Shown one piece after another: positions 1 to 12,441 of a DNA stretch of 64,000 nucleotides; the stretch's first letter is position 1; every line of letters starts with the position of its first letter. Below the pieces are notes generated by a model. The model was not told the origin of the DNA. It made no database searches and saw nothing but the letters and a program-made list of their open reading frames with translations. The position numbers and the translations under genes were made by a program. The DNA comes from Cirrosporium novae-zelandiae (taxonomy: Eukaryota), in NCBI GenBank assembly GCA_026023565.1, contig JAPETS010000050.1, forward strand, positions 1 to 64,000, read 5' to 3'.

Positions 1-147
1 TGGGGGGGGGGGGGGGGGGGGGTTCTGTAAAGGCGAAGAGGGGCGCGGGGAGGATGGGGTCGCCGTCGTCGTCGTCGCTGATGTGATCGCAGTGGGAGGT
101 TGGTGGGTTGTGGAGCGGATAGGGATGTTTCGCTTGCGGAATGACAT
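1..147 (-). CDS. ELP4: Elongator complex subunit Elp4 (PAXNEB family), 5' end only; runs off the window edge
   Basis: Minus-strand ATG at 147 reads MSFRKRNIPIRSTTHQPP...; the MSFRKRN start is characteristic of fungal Elp4 as I recall it. Only 49 codons are visible. Confidence 0.6.
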   Translation of the reverse strand, partial: MSFRKRNIPIRSTTHQPPTAITSATTTTATPSSPRPSSPLQNPPPPPPP

Positions 148-676
148 TTTGGCGATAGTGCTGGTGGTTATCGATGATGTTGTTCGGAATGTTGGCAGGG
201 ATGGATGGGGGATGGAAAGATAATTTGATGTTACACAGATGGGCAGATAGGGCTGAAGTTTTTTTTAGGTCGACGTCATTTTTAGACGCCCAAGACCTTT
301 TAGATCAAGATTACTTTAGAACGCAAAATATCTACAATTCCGATGTTTTTTCATAGGAATCTTTTTAGTGATGAAATATGCTCTCTATTCGACTATTCGG
401 TTATCTGTATTAGATCTTGAATAGTTAATTATCCAATGCGCTTTACTTTGCTGCAATCTCACTACAACCGTCTAAGTCTGGCTGACTGTGAGCCTAGTTT
501 AAATTTATCTAACGGCATCCTTTCCATTCAGATCACAGTAACTTCAGACAGTGTATAGTAGCTTCCATCTACCTAATTAACTTCTGAATACTTCCTGCTC
601 CATGAATCCCCAAGTTGCTTACCGATTGTCTTCAACAGCTTGGTATTCATCATGATGAATGGGGGGAGAACATGGT

Positions 677-1222
677 TCAGTCAAGTCCAATCCTGATGTT
701 GTATCTCAACCTGCAAGCTGAGGACGGACAGAATTGTAGCTCCTCACCGTATTTGAATTCCTTGCAGCTCGCGCAATACATCATAGTATGTCCCTCATGC
801 TCGAACCAATAGGTGATATTTTCCTTGAAATGATGCATACACAAACAATCTGAACACCATCTTCCAGAACCCCTATAACTACCTCTGCCCAGGGCTTCGG
901 GAAACAAGATGAACTCTTCGGGTCCGTAGCAACGAAGGCAACAAAAGCAAGTGAGCTCTATTTCCCCCTTGCTGTTAGTGCATGATTCATCGGGCCATGT
1001 TTCCATAAAACGTAGGTAGTTGGCAACTTGTCGTCGGTTGAATTTCTGAGTTTTGGTGAAAAGAAGATCGTGGAAGTATCGGTTTACATGTGTGAGGGTG
1101 AGAAGCGAGGCAGATGGGAGTTTCGAGAGGATTATGTCGATTAGCTCTTGAGGGAATTTGAGGAGATGACGTGGAAATTTGACTGAGGGCATGTTGGATG
1201 ACACAGAAGGCTGAGACGACAT
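677..1222 (-). CDS. F-box domain protein with Cys-rich C-terminus
   Basis: LLKFPQELIDIILSKLPSASLLTLTHVNRYFH fits the F-box pattern; CxxC pairs follow (CFCCLRC, CSDC, CASC, CPSSAC). Intronless 181-aa ORF. Confidence 0.7.
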   Translation of the reverse strand: MSSQPSVSSNMPSVKFPRHLLKFPQELIDIILSKLPSASLLTLTHVNRYFHDLLFTKTQKFNRRQVANYLRFMETWPDESCTNSKGEIELTCFCCLRCYGPEEFILFPEALGRGSYRGSGRWCSDCLCMHHFKENITYWFEHEGHTMMYCASCKEFKYGEELQFCPSSACRLRYNIRIGLD

Positions 1223-2754
1223 TTTGATTGATTCGGGAAATACCTAGAAGACTTGAGATGAATGTATGAAGCTTCGTCGAAATGCTAGGACGTAGACTTC
1301 AAATGATAAGAAGTAATGAACCCTTCACCATCAGATCAAGAATAACTGACAATAGTCCCTAGGAAATAAATGGCCCAAGAGGAGTAATGAGTGGACGATG
1401 AGAAGGATGAAACATGGAAGAGTTGAAATTTGTGAAGTATCAATACTTCATGAACACAAGAGCAGCAAAGTAGGCAACAAATAAAATGAAACACTTCCTT
1501 CCTCGATTGTGTTTGGAGGCCTCGTCAACACCCACAAACACAGTCTACAAGCGATCAGGATTCTAGTACATGCCACTTTATCCATGATGATAATTCTAAA
1601 TTCTACACTAATTGTATGTAGCGAATGTGGAAACCCTTTTTAGGGCACTTTGATCTAGTTTACTTGATTTGACGTTAAATGGTTCATTTTGGTGGTAATG
1701 GTGATGGGGGTGGTTAGTGAAGTAAATATAATACGAAAGCTTATAAATCCGAATCTTTACAGTAAACCCTTTGTTAATTAATATTCATACCCCCCGAGTG
1801 TTTTAGCTACCCAGGTAGTTGAGGCCCTTAAGCAGCTGACAGTTATATAACGTACCTAGGTATATAGCAAAGTAGCACCAGCAGCAGCCATCCGTCTCCG
1901 TCTCTCCGTCTCTCCGTCTCTCTCTCGTACAACAAATTCCGCACAACTCCAGAGACCGCTCTTTCGCAGTCCTCTAGATCCTTTTGCATGCATGTTTCAC
2001 AATACTCATTGTTCTTATAGCCAAAACCATGTTACTTACTCTACAATCTATCCAACGTCGCCTCGAGAAATACGAAGGGCAAAGAAAACAAGGAACCTTC
2101 TTTCTTCATACTTGATTTACGAAAATCCTAAAAGCATGATTGTACTCTGGTACATCTCTCCTCTTTGACCCCACCGTTTGTATAACGGACACTGTCAGGC
2201 TGAGTGTTTCACGGCTTCGTTGTACCTGCCTGGTGCCTGCGTTGTACAGCAGCCTTCTGCTACAACCCCATACCAAAAAAAAAGCTTGCTGTAACTCACA
2301 ATAGCTAACCCAATCCACAATCATGTTCCGATATTTATCTAGGGGCCTCGGATAATTTTCTAAAGTGCTAACTTAGATACCTAGGTAGTTATCTATGAGC
2401 GAGATTGACGACCTATCTTCGTTACTCTAGCACCATGACACCGAACCTTGAGAGCTGTTATTGTGATTTTTCTCATTATGGAGATCACCGTCATCCATGA
2501 CGCGAATCCGATGTTACATTTCTTTCATAAAGAATGGCGATTGCGATTGCGATTGTGAGCCTTGGGTGTCTTTCTACCCTCTTGCGATTGCTATGCGGCT
2601 TTGTTGGACCAGCCCGATTGTATATATATATTTGCCAGTGATCCTCCCTGCAGTCAGAACTTCTCTTCTATAGTGATATTTTCTACTCCATACAACCATC
2701 GCCGATCCAACTAACAATCTATCCATTTTTGATCGGACAAACCCCTCAACGAAG

Positions 2755-3327
2755 ATGTACTTTCTTTTCTTCCCCCTCTCCTTCCTCCCTACCATCATCC
2801 TCGCCCTTTCCTCTCCTCCTCTCAATCCCCGCGAAGAACCCTGCATCCCCTCCTACGTCAACATCGGGTTCTTCTACGTCTTCACAGCCGACCCCCTCGT
2901 CACCGACCCCGGATCAAGTTGGATGACCTTCGAGAGTTACGCTTTTAACAATACCCCGGGACACTGCAGTCGCTTAGTACCTGCCAATGAAAGCCTCGTC
3001 TTCGTCGAGGCCTGGACCGTCTGCGACGACATGATGACAGCATTTATCTGGGGAGGTAGTTATTTAGCAATATGGGGAAAAATCAACTGCGGCGAGTATG
3101 TTGTTTGCCTTTTTTTCTGCTTCGAATTGGTTAAGAATTCAATAGAGGAGGGAAGAAAAAAATTGCTGATGCGCTTTTAAATCAGGACGATGCTCAACTA
3201 TTGGGCTAATTCTAGCATCTCCACATATTGTTATCCTCTGACTATCCCCGGTTTGGAATCTGGGACGTTTTGCCAGATGCCGGCTGATTGGGATGAAATT
3301 TCTATTGATGCGAGGACTGTCCTATAA
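2755..3327 (+). CDS. Small secreted cysteine-rich protein (about 160 aa)
   Basis: Hydrophobic signal-peptide-like N-terminus. Exons 2755-3095 and 3186-3327 are joined by a GTATGT..GCTGAT..CAG intron; the spliced frame is open to TAA at 3325-3327 and contains 6 Cys. Confidence 0.7.
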
Positions 3328-3781
3328 AAATGACGAGGGACTTTGCTAAACCCTAAGAAATTTTAATTACTGTGGAGGGTATTAGACCCCGGAGGAGGTC
3401 TATATGTGCCGAACTATAAACCTGTCTAGGCGTATTAAGTGGAGGCTGCTACTTATATTCGATTGAGTATTTTACGGTAATATCGGAATATTCTTTGATA
3501 ATGGGTGATGAATAATACGAATGATAATTAAACCATAGCAAAATTCTGAGGTATCATTATCTTCAAATGTAGGCTAATAGGTTAGGCAAAGACTTTTTCT
3601 CAATAGTTATCAGGTTCCTATATTTAGCTTCTTGTCCTTCAACATTCATAACCGCCGACAATTTGCCAATTCCTTGCCTCGTGGTATGTCATCTATGCAA
3701 TTGCATCCCATACAAAACCGGATTCTCCCATAATTATGTCATTCAATTTTCCCAAACCAGAAGTCATGACTAGACCTAAAA

Positions 3782-5575
3782 CTATATCCTGAAAACTTGA
3801 CTGCGACTCTTAATTCCATCGAACACACACGTATTGTCCACTGGGACATACTGCTCCGTAATCACCTTGATCGCTTCCTGTGAAACTATGCCGCCTGTCA
3901 GTGCAGCAATGTTATGCAATTCGCCTCCCTTGGCGCGTCCAATCTCCAATAACACATTTTGTAATCGTGGTAGGAGACTATCTCTGTCATCGTCTGTAAG
4001 AAGGGTGAAAACCGGAATATTTGAAAGCATGCTGCTTAAGATTGGGAAAAGTTTAGCACTGTCTTTGGTTGTTGGGGGGCGACCAGTTTCAGCGTAGAAT
4101 ACGTCGTAGGCAATGAAGGCAATAAAGGTGGGGAAACATGAATTCTCTTCCTCATCATTCATTAATTCCATCATGTACATTTTCACATCATCTCCAAGCT
4201 GAAATTCCCGCTGGCCCGCTTGGATAGGATGTAATGGTTTTCCGTGAATAACTTTAACGTAGGCGGCATTCTTGCAGAAAGCTTCGATTTCTTTCTCCGA
4301 AATGGGGGTTAAGCGCCCAACAGAGTGCTCGAGGCTTCGGACATACGAGATCACGGAAGCGATGTCAGAGGCAGAGCGGGCACGGTAAAGTGACTGCAGG
4401 GAAACATAAGTGTGTGATTCCGATTTCATGTCCGGCACGGAGCCCGGCAAAGGGAGAGCCTTGTTAGTATTGTAGAATTTAGAGATAGCGTTTGCAATGA
4501 GGTAGAATCTAGCAGACTAGGGAGAGGTTAGAATTACTCTTCCGGGAATTATTAAGGTGATGTGATAGATGATACTGACATCTTTTGTGGGGTTCTTGCA
4601 TTCTTCCATCTCGAATAACTCTCGAAGAGTCGAGGGTAGAGATGGCTTATTAATTGTCTTTAAAACAGCAGCAATAGCCTCTTCATAGTTCTCCTCACTA
4701 CCTTCTGCACTATTTTGTCGGGCTCCTGCCTTTACCATATCTTTAAAAGCTGTTTTCTCCTTATAATTCTCCGGCGCTCGACCATCATGTTCGGACCTCC
4801 ATATCTCAAGGTAATGTAGAAGAAGGATTATATATGGTACATGGCCATGGTCATGGTCATTGAGAGGATCTAAGTCTTTGTATTTTGCCGCTTCTGCTGC
4901 TAACTCTGGCCAAGGGTCTAGGAGACGGAGGTCTTGTGTACTAGCAGGGTCTGGGTGTGTATCCACAATGGGGAATGTTGGTGGTAGTTGGATGGAAAAG
5001 CAGGAATAGAATCCTACACAGTGTATATAGAAAAGTGGTATGCTGTGGTCTTGGGTATATTTGCAAACGGCTTTAAAAGCATCAGGCTTGATTGGACTCG
5101 TCACTAGGACAAGGGAATATTTCTCTAGAGCATCTGGTAGGGCATCTGTCTGAGATAATAATGTTTCGATGGGCTAGAGAACTATTAGTCTAAATTCGCA
5201 ATGAACAAAGAAGCTTCGAGACGAAATCACCTCCGAAATATAGTTCCCAGTCACATCTGGGTTTAGCTCGTTTAGAAGCTTACAACATTGTTCAGCTCTC
5301 GATTTACCCAGACTCTCCTCTTCCAGGAAGAAATTTATACCCAGATCCTCCTCTTGCACGGTAGCATCGTCAAGAATGGTGAAATGTCCAACCCCAGGAA
5401 GAATAAGGTTCTTTAAAGTCTCTATGCCGACAAGACCTGTGCCAGAATTAATCAACAGTATATGAGCTTCTTCGAGAGCCTTTTGACCACTCGCAGCCCA
5501 AAGACGCAATTGACGATCATACTTCCTCTCCTTGGAGGTTGGTACTTGGAGTGGGGTGGGTAAAGTTGTAGCCAT
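3782..5575 (-). CDS. ULA1: NEDD8-activating enzyme E1 regulatory subunit (Ula1/NAE1/APPBP1)
   Basis: KYDRQLRLWAASGQ, ETLKNLILPGVGHFTILD, DHGHVPY and ELHNIAALTGGIVSQEAIKVITEQYVPVDNT motifs; two canonical introns join the three ORF pieces. Confidence 0.95.
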
Positions 5576-5957
5576 GATAAAAAAGAGGGTATATCTTCAA
5601 CTAAGCTCACATGTAAATGTCAAAGCCTCAAAGGCTGAACGTTATGAACTTATGAACTTATGATTGCTATCGATAAGGCCTTTTGGTGCCTGGATTCTCA
5701 GGTAATGACAGCAAGGAAACCCAAGTTCAAGTTCGTTCGCAAACTAACGTAGCTGGAAGCCGACGATGCCCCCACTAAACATCCCACTTCCCTTCAAAAG
5801 ATCATTCCACTCGATGACACTTAACAGCTCATAATACAACCATTGATGAACCTTTTTCCCTCCTCTGAGTAACGTTACGACCTTTTCTTACTTGCTTACT
5901 CATTCTTGTACATATAGTTTCTAGGTATATAAATAATTCTTCATGCCAGCATTCTGA

Positions 5958-7000
5958 ATGCGATTGTTCCCTATCTTCCGTACCAATCATTCCCCCTTGA
6001 GGTATGTAGGCCATCCTATCAAGTAGCATGCAGCTAATGTGCTTCTTAGACACTTAACTAGATACCAGTTTTATTCGCCTACTCGATTCCCACCCATAAT
6101 TCTTAAACGAACCATGTCTAACATCGAAGCTGCTAAGAAAAATGCCGCCGAAACGGCAGTGCGCGAGAACTTCCCCAAAGATGCGAAGTACGTCGGAATT
6201 GGCTCCGGAACAACCGTTGTCTATGTCGTTGAAGCAATCAAGAACTCTGGATTAGATACTTCGAAAATTCTTTTCGTTCCCACTGGCGACGCCTCAAAAC
6301 AGGTCGTCGCCAATGCGGGATTGACCCCTATTGCTTTTGACGCTTTACCCGACGACGTGATTCTGGATATCGCCTTTGATGGCGCCGATGAAGTTGATGA
6401 TGAACTCAATTGCATCAAAGGAGGTGGTGCTTGTTTGTTTCAAGAAAAGATTGTCGCTATGCAAGCTAAGAAATTCGTCTGTGTTGCTGGTTTGTCCATC
6501 CTGTCACGCTTTCATTTTAGTAAGTTCTGGCCGAGAAGTCATACTTATATTTGCCTAAAGATCACCGAAAGCTCCAATCTCGCCTCCTTACCAATTGGAA
6601 ATATATCCCTATTGAAGTTGCCCCGATAGCAGCAAAACGAGTAATTCGAGAACTCAAGAAAATCGGCTCCACCAACCCTGTTGTTCGAGAAAACAAGGCA
6701 CCCAAGACCGGATCGTTAAAGACTGACCAGGACTTCTTCATCATTGATGCGCCATTCAAGCAGCTATTAACTGCAGGAGATGTCAAGGTAGGAAAGGACG
6801 GCAGCGGCAAGGACGGGGTCTGGGAAGTCGAGGCCTTGGCTGATAAAATCAAGTCCATCGTTGGTGTTTTGGACGTTGGAATCTTCTGCGGCAAGAATGG
6901 CAACGAGATGATGGCAGCAGCAAATATGGGCGGACAAAAACCAGTTGCGGCTTACTTTGGTATGGAAGATGGATCGGTGAGCACTAGGCGCTCATCATGA
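5958..7000 (+). CDS. RKI1: Ribose-5-phosphate isomerase A; core starts at ATG 6114, possible longer isoform from ATG 5958
   Basis: GIGSGTT, DGADEVD and [12 protein letters not shown] motifs. Intron 6490-6560 joins the core exons; upstream exon 5958-6001 plus intron 6002-6049 is in frame. Confidence 0.95.
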
Positions 7001-7457
7001 TGAATTTATGAATTATATACTTAGATGTTGGATGTGAAAAGGGGTTCTTGGATTTTAGAAAACATAATGACTTCCACCATGATCATACTGACTGCACCTT
7101 TACTAAATTAGCTAATCCAGTCAAAAAGATGCCTTGATTAGGACAACTGGCTATTAAGTCTAGAGAGCCTTCTAAGCAAAGCGAGATTGTCGAGGAATGA
7201 CATGTTTGAACGGAATTTCGTTTGCAATTGACGTGTAAGGAATCTCTGTCAGACGAACAATTTAGCTTTTGCAAGCCAGGTTTTCAATAGAATATCAAGA
7301 GGTATACCTGGGAATAATGGGCATGGTCAATGCCATTATACACGTTGATCAATCTTTGGACATTTCCATACAATTTATCATACAGATGCCATTGTCATGT
7401 GTATCTTCTATCCCGTTTTTAAAGATTCGGCTTTCCATCTTTCCATTCGCTAGTCGT

Positions 7458-7987
7458 CTATTTCTTGTCCTTCTTCTTTAGCATCTCTTCATCCTCTGCT
7501 GCTAGCCCCGCATCTATCTTTGCGCCTCTACTTGGCTCGTTACCGTGAACTTTGGCCTACAGGATCTATCAGTCATATACCCATGCTAATGAGTATATTG
7601 ATTACTTACCGGCAAAGTTGGATCTTTTTTCAACAGTCTAGTTTCTTCACTTTCAGGTTCTGGTTCTTTAGCTCGCTATGGTCCCCCATCAGCTCCTAGT
7701 CATGTGAAATTGCATGGAGAAGCATCATCATCATGAATGGACTAACCTTCTCCTCGCATGCAAGCTTGTTGGCGATGGTTCTTTCATCTTCTACATCACC
7801 CCAGGTACATCAGTCGCTGAAAGCATGCGTGGCTGGTTAGTGGAACCTCACTTGAATCATTAGCCAAATGGCTGTTCTTCTGACCTTCCTCGAATCTCTC
7901 CCTGTCATCGATCTCGCTATTCTTCATGGTACGTTGATCACCAGTCTCGTATATCGAGGACTGGCCAACATTGGATGTCCCGCTCAT
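7458..7987 (-). CDS. Small hydrophilic conserved fungal protein (possibly conidiation/stress associated)
   Basis: Four exons joined by three canonical introns give MSGTSNVGQSSIYETGDQR...SKDERTIANKLACEEKR...KKDPTLPAKVHGNEPSRGAKIDAGLAAEDEEMLKKKDKK*. Confidence 0.8.
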
Positions 7988-8541
7988 GTTGTTGATATAG
8001 CGTGTGTAGAGAGAGGTATGGAAGATGTGTGAATGTGTAGTAAATCAGGGGAACTAGTAATCAGGGATATAAGGAATATCTTCAATTTTCAGATAGTGAA
8101 AAGTTTTTAAGTAAGAAGAGTAGAGGTATAGGTAAATTTATATGTGATTAAATTGCTTTTTTTACTTTCTAATGATACTTTGCTTTTGTAGCTTTTTACA
8201 TGATGTCATTAAGAGATCACTATCCATGGGATAGTACTGTAGATCCATCCTATGATATAATTAAAGAACTGGAGAGTTACTGTAGATTAGATTAGATATG
8301 ATTAACCAGTGTATAAAAAACATCCGCTCCTTACCTCCGCAATTGCCGCCTACCCGACCACTCATACACTTATTAGAAAATGTATAGACATTATGAATTC
8401 CATCATATAATTCCAATAACCCCCATTCTGTGTGCTGATTTGTAGGACAATAACAACCCTCCCTCTCTGGCTGAACCCAAATTATAAGTTTTCATTCCCC
8501 AGTATTATTTATCTCATTGCCCCCATATACAGCATTTGGAT

Positions 8542-9153
8542 ATGTCGAACCTCAATAATAATAAAGCCAAAATTGCTCTTATAATTTGCAGCCAACGAAG
8601 TCCACGAATCGGTCCTAAAGTCGCGGATTTTGTTCTCAATGTGCTGGCAGAGCATCATCAATCCAGCCCCAGAGACTATGACCTCGTTCAGATCGATCTC
8701 AAAAACTGGAAACTCCCAATCTTCGACGAACCTACAATTCCAGCTCACGTTTACGACGCCGCCAGCTATGTCCAACCCCACACCAAAGCCTGGAGCGCCG
8801 AAATAAGTAAACACGCTGGTTTCATTTTTGTGTGTCCGCAGTACAATTGGGGCTATCCGGCTTCGGTAAAGAACGCTATCGATTATTTGTACCATGAGTG
8901 GGAGGGTAAGGCTGCGATGATTGTCAGTTATGGGGGGAGGGGAGGGGGTAAGGCGGCTGAGCAGCTGAGGCAGGTTTTACTGGGCGTGAGGATGAAGGTT
9001 ACTGGAACTATGCCTGGGCTGTCGTTGAAGGCGGAAGGGAGTATGAAGGCCGCTATGGAGGAAGGGGAGCTGGTGTCTCAGGCTAGAGATATGTGGAAAT
9101 CGGAACAGGATCTGATTTTGAAGGCTTTCGTGGAGCTGCATGAGCTTTTGTAA
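8542..9153 (+). CDS. NADPH-dependent FMN reductase / flavodoxin-like quinone reductase (Lot6-like)
   Basis: ICSQRSPRIG, FIFVCPQYNWGYPASVKNAIDYLYHEW and IVSYGGRGG motifs; intronless. Confidence 0.9.
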   Translation: MSNLNNNKAKIALIICSQRSPRIGPKVADFVLNVLAEHHQSSPRDYDLVQIDLKNWKLPIFDEPTIPAHVYDAASYVQPHTKAWSAEISKHAGFIFVCPQYNWGYPASVKNAIDYLYHEWEGKAAMIVSYGGRGGGKAAEQLRQVLLGVRMKVTGTMPGLSLKAEGSMKAAMEEGELVSQARDMWKSEQDLILKAFVELHELL

Positions 9154-9180
9154 GTCTTGGGGTGGACTATCGGATATGTC

Positions 9181-9182
<2 letters not shown>

Positions 9183-9211
<29 letters not shown>

Positions 9212-9212
9212 G
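9183..9212 (+). repeat. Poly-G homopolymer (30 nt)
   Basis: Direct reading; begins 30 nt after the FMN reductase stop codon. Confidence 0.9.
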
Positions 9213-9706
9213 CTGATATCTATTGGTATATTATCGAAAGTCTTATCATTGTGGCGCAGTTCAAATACACAGTTAGCTAAGGATTCTGACTGTGGGTGAT
9301 GGGAATGCTGATTTCTAGGGATAGATGGTACAGCTGTATTATATTTCTCTTAATCTAGCTTTTGGTCTTAGTTAATAAATTCACGAGGGAAATCGCTTCT
9401 TTATTTTAATAGAGGGAGACGGTGGCATAGGAAAGCTTGACTATGAAAGCTGATTTCGATATGGGTACATGGATATTATAGCAAGAATGATAAAATGAGC
9501 ACGATCAAGCTTTTTAGCTCTTCAAATTCTTACTCTAGTTTCTCTGACTTGCTTTAGTAGGCTATAGAACTACCTCCTATGCAAAGCCCTACACCAAATT
9601 TGCTCGCGCCTTACAAGATTAGCATATCATTGCCATTATAATACCATCGTAAATTGCCTACCTAATAAGCCCTACTTTTAGGATACAAATGCAGTCTCCA
9701 CAATCC

Positions 9707-12133
9707 CTACCCCCTGCTTCTCGTCATCCGCTGACTCGGCTTTGCAACCTCAAAAGCGTCATCGTCATCTTCATCTCCATCATCACTAGGTATCCTCTTC
9801 TTCCCCCTAGTACTTCTCGGTATACTCTGACTCTGTTGCGTCGACTGACTCCCAAAATTCAGCCTAGTTTGTCTCGTGCTCGCCGTCACCGCTGCCCTCG
9901 CTGGTGCCTTTTTCACCGGTGATGCCTTCCCCGTCGATGTTGTAGCGGCCTTCCCTCTACCCCTAGCTGGGGCTTTGGTCGGTTTTGAGGGTTTGACAAA
10001 TATGGCTTGACTATCTGATTCCTCTTCCGGGTCAGAGACCATGACAATGTCTTGATCTTCCTCTTCTTCGGAAGGCTCTTCAATAATTTTCTTTTTTCCG
10101 CGACCACGGACGATAGTGGTGGAGGCTTTTTTGGCAGCAGTGGTAGCGGTGGACCGGCCTCGTGTGGACATTGTCGTTTTGCCTCCACGACCACGAGTAG
10201 CAGGAGTGGGTTTGGATACACTGCCCTCACCATCTTCATCGTCGTCGTCAGTATGTATGAGAGCTCCAGGCTGATCTGCCCATTCACCATCGAGGTCTGT
10301 GTCCCAATTTTCGGGTCTAGGTTTGAGCTTACTGCTCCTCTTCGTCTTGACATAGCCAGCTGCAAATGCTTCTTCGTTCTTCGTCCTATATTGATCCATA
10401 GCAGTGATTAGGTCCTCTTCATCATCCCCCTGATCTATTTCTATAAGATGTTTGATTTGATTTGCCAAACTTTCATTGACAAACATTTCCATCGCATGCT
10501 TATCGTCTTTATCTACGAATTGGCTGACGGCATCACCGAATGAATTCTGGGGGAGGATAGTCAGGGACTGCGCTGATAGAAATTCACGGACTAATTTCTC
10601 GACTTTAACGGCATCAAGTGTCACCTGTGACAACGCTGATTCCTCGGGCATGTCGGGATCGTTTTTGGTTTTACGAGTTGTAGCAGATTTCTTACGGTAG
10701 AATTGGACGACGTCGTTAGTGTTTGCTACGCGGCCAACGAAGCGGTTTGAGAATCTCTGGGGATTTTCGCAGTCATAGCTGCCTCCGTCTGGCGCGGAAT
10801 ACTCGACTCGTAATCTCACTATGGGGAGTGGTGACTCGATCTCATCTTCGTCGTCTTCTCTCTCGTCCTGTGCATCTAACCACTCCGCAGTTGCTTCTGA
10901 AATGAGGCCATTCACAAGCTTAACGAGGAAATCCGTGACTTTCGATCGGTTTTCTGACTTGTTCACCCACTTCTTAGCTTCCTTCTCATCATTGAGGACG
11001 ATCTCCTTCATTATAAATGGCCTAACCGTCTTTAGCCTAATGGGTTCGCTCTTCATTTGTTTTCCTGTGATGCTCAGGATAGCCACCTGCTTCGGTACAG
11101 TTTCACCAGGGACAAGGGAGGTAGCAACGGAAGAGCCAGGTTGCATCACGTAGAAGCCCATTTCTGGATTTTTGCGAGGATCTATCAGACATTCATGTTC
11201 ATGGCCCCATATTACTAGATCAATAAAATCAGGCAGGAAATTTTCAGGAAGATAGCTGGTCTCTGTGTGGGCATGACTTCTTCATATTAGCATGACCCGA
11301 GTATGAGCGAAAACACATGGCACTTACTGATTTTGATGCACACTCATCAGATTGAACCAATCTTTTTTCTGTGTCGCAGGTTGAAAAAAGCGGACCTTTC
11401 CATCTCGGAATGTTCGAAAGAGCCTCTCATCTCTCACATTGCTCATCCCGTATAAAGCCAGCTTCGTGCGACCCTTCTGTAATAGTACTGGCTTGATAAG
11501 AATGTTGTCGGATTCCGGCGTACGTCCATAATAGTTGACTAATCCTGATATTTGTAGTAAATCAAGTGCAGCTAGATGACCTTCCTAACGACCGTAAGCC
11601 TGATCCCATCTTCCTCAGCGACTGAAGAACATACTCCAGAAGGGTCATCGTGGTTTCCGTGTATCGAAAAAACAGGGATTGCAACGTTTATATCTGGATC
11701 TTCGTAATTGACATGGTTGAATGCCCTAGAGTCCTATTAGAATGTATTCTGTCTGTTTTGGGGGAATATCGTATACCCTTCAAAATTCTCGCTCGCATCA
11801 CTCAACATCTCTAGTTCACAAGGCTTTTCTCCATAACAATTATTACGGAGTGAGCGCATCACTTGGTACATGGATTTTCTTGACGGTTTGTTCTCGTGAA
11901 AGAGGTCTCCAGCCAGTAGGACCATATCGACGTCCCTCTCTTTGGCAAGGGTCATTATCTCATCAAATGTTTTCCAGCTATCATCTCCACGTATCGGATC
12001 CCGTTCATTGTATCCGACATGGTTATCCGTCGAAACGAGTATCCGAATAGTGTCTGCAGCTGTTGTCTCATGTTAGCGATTTGCATCTTCACAAAGGTTT
12101 CCTACTGAAAGGCACACCTGTAAAGCCTGGCAT
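9707..12133 (-). CDS. MRE11: Double-strand break repair nuclease Mre11
   Basis: [55 protein letters not shown] and [15 protein letters not shown] motifs; four introns in the 5' half. Confidence 0.97.
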
Positions 12134-12269
12134 TCTAAATATTGCAAGATCGTTGAAATGGTATGGGCATTACAAACATATCAAGCTTGAACCCCTCACA
12201 AGAGATAAACTTATAAATTGGTGGCAACCACTAGTTGATTAGGCCCAAGGATGCCTGGAGGAAATTGAG

Positions 12270-12285
12270 ACGCGCCTGGACGCGT
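12270..12285. promoter_or_regulatory. MCB-like elements (ACGCGc, ACGCGT) in the MRE11/TF divergent promoter
   Basis: gACGCGcctggACGCGTcgg about 140 nt upstream of the MRE11 ATG; MCB elements are typical of fungal DNA replication/repair genes. Confidence 0.5.
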
Positions 12286-12441
12286 CGGTCTGGGACCTTG
12301 GTACTTCTTGTAATTACCGTAATAATTTACGAAACGAAGTAACTTCGCCGCTTTGATATCATTAGACTATATCTATCTTAAAAAACCATTTCATACTTTA
12401 CCTCTATAAAATAAGTAGTCTCTATCAAGATTTGCTACCTA

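Noticed and set aside
6039..6113. Non-AUG (GTG) initiation of RKI1 suggested by the ORF track
   Set aside because: The GTG lies inside the 6002-6049 intron; an upstream ATG exon explains the open frame better.
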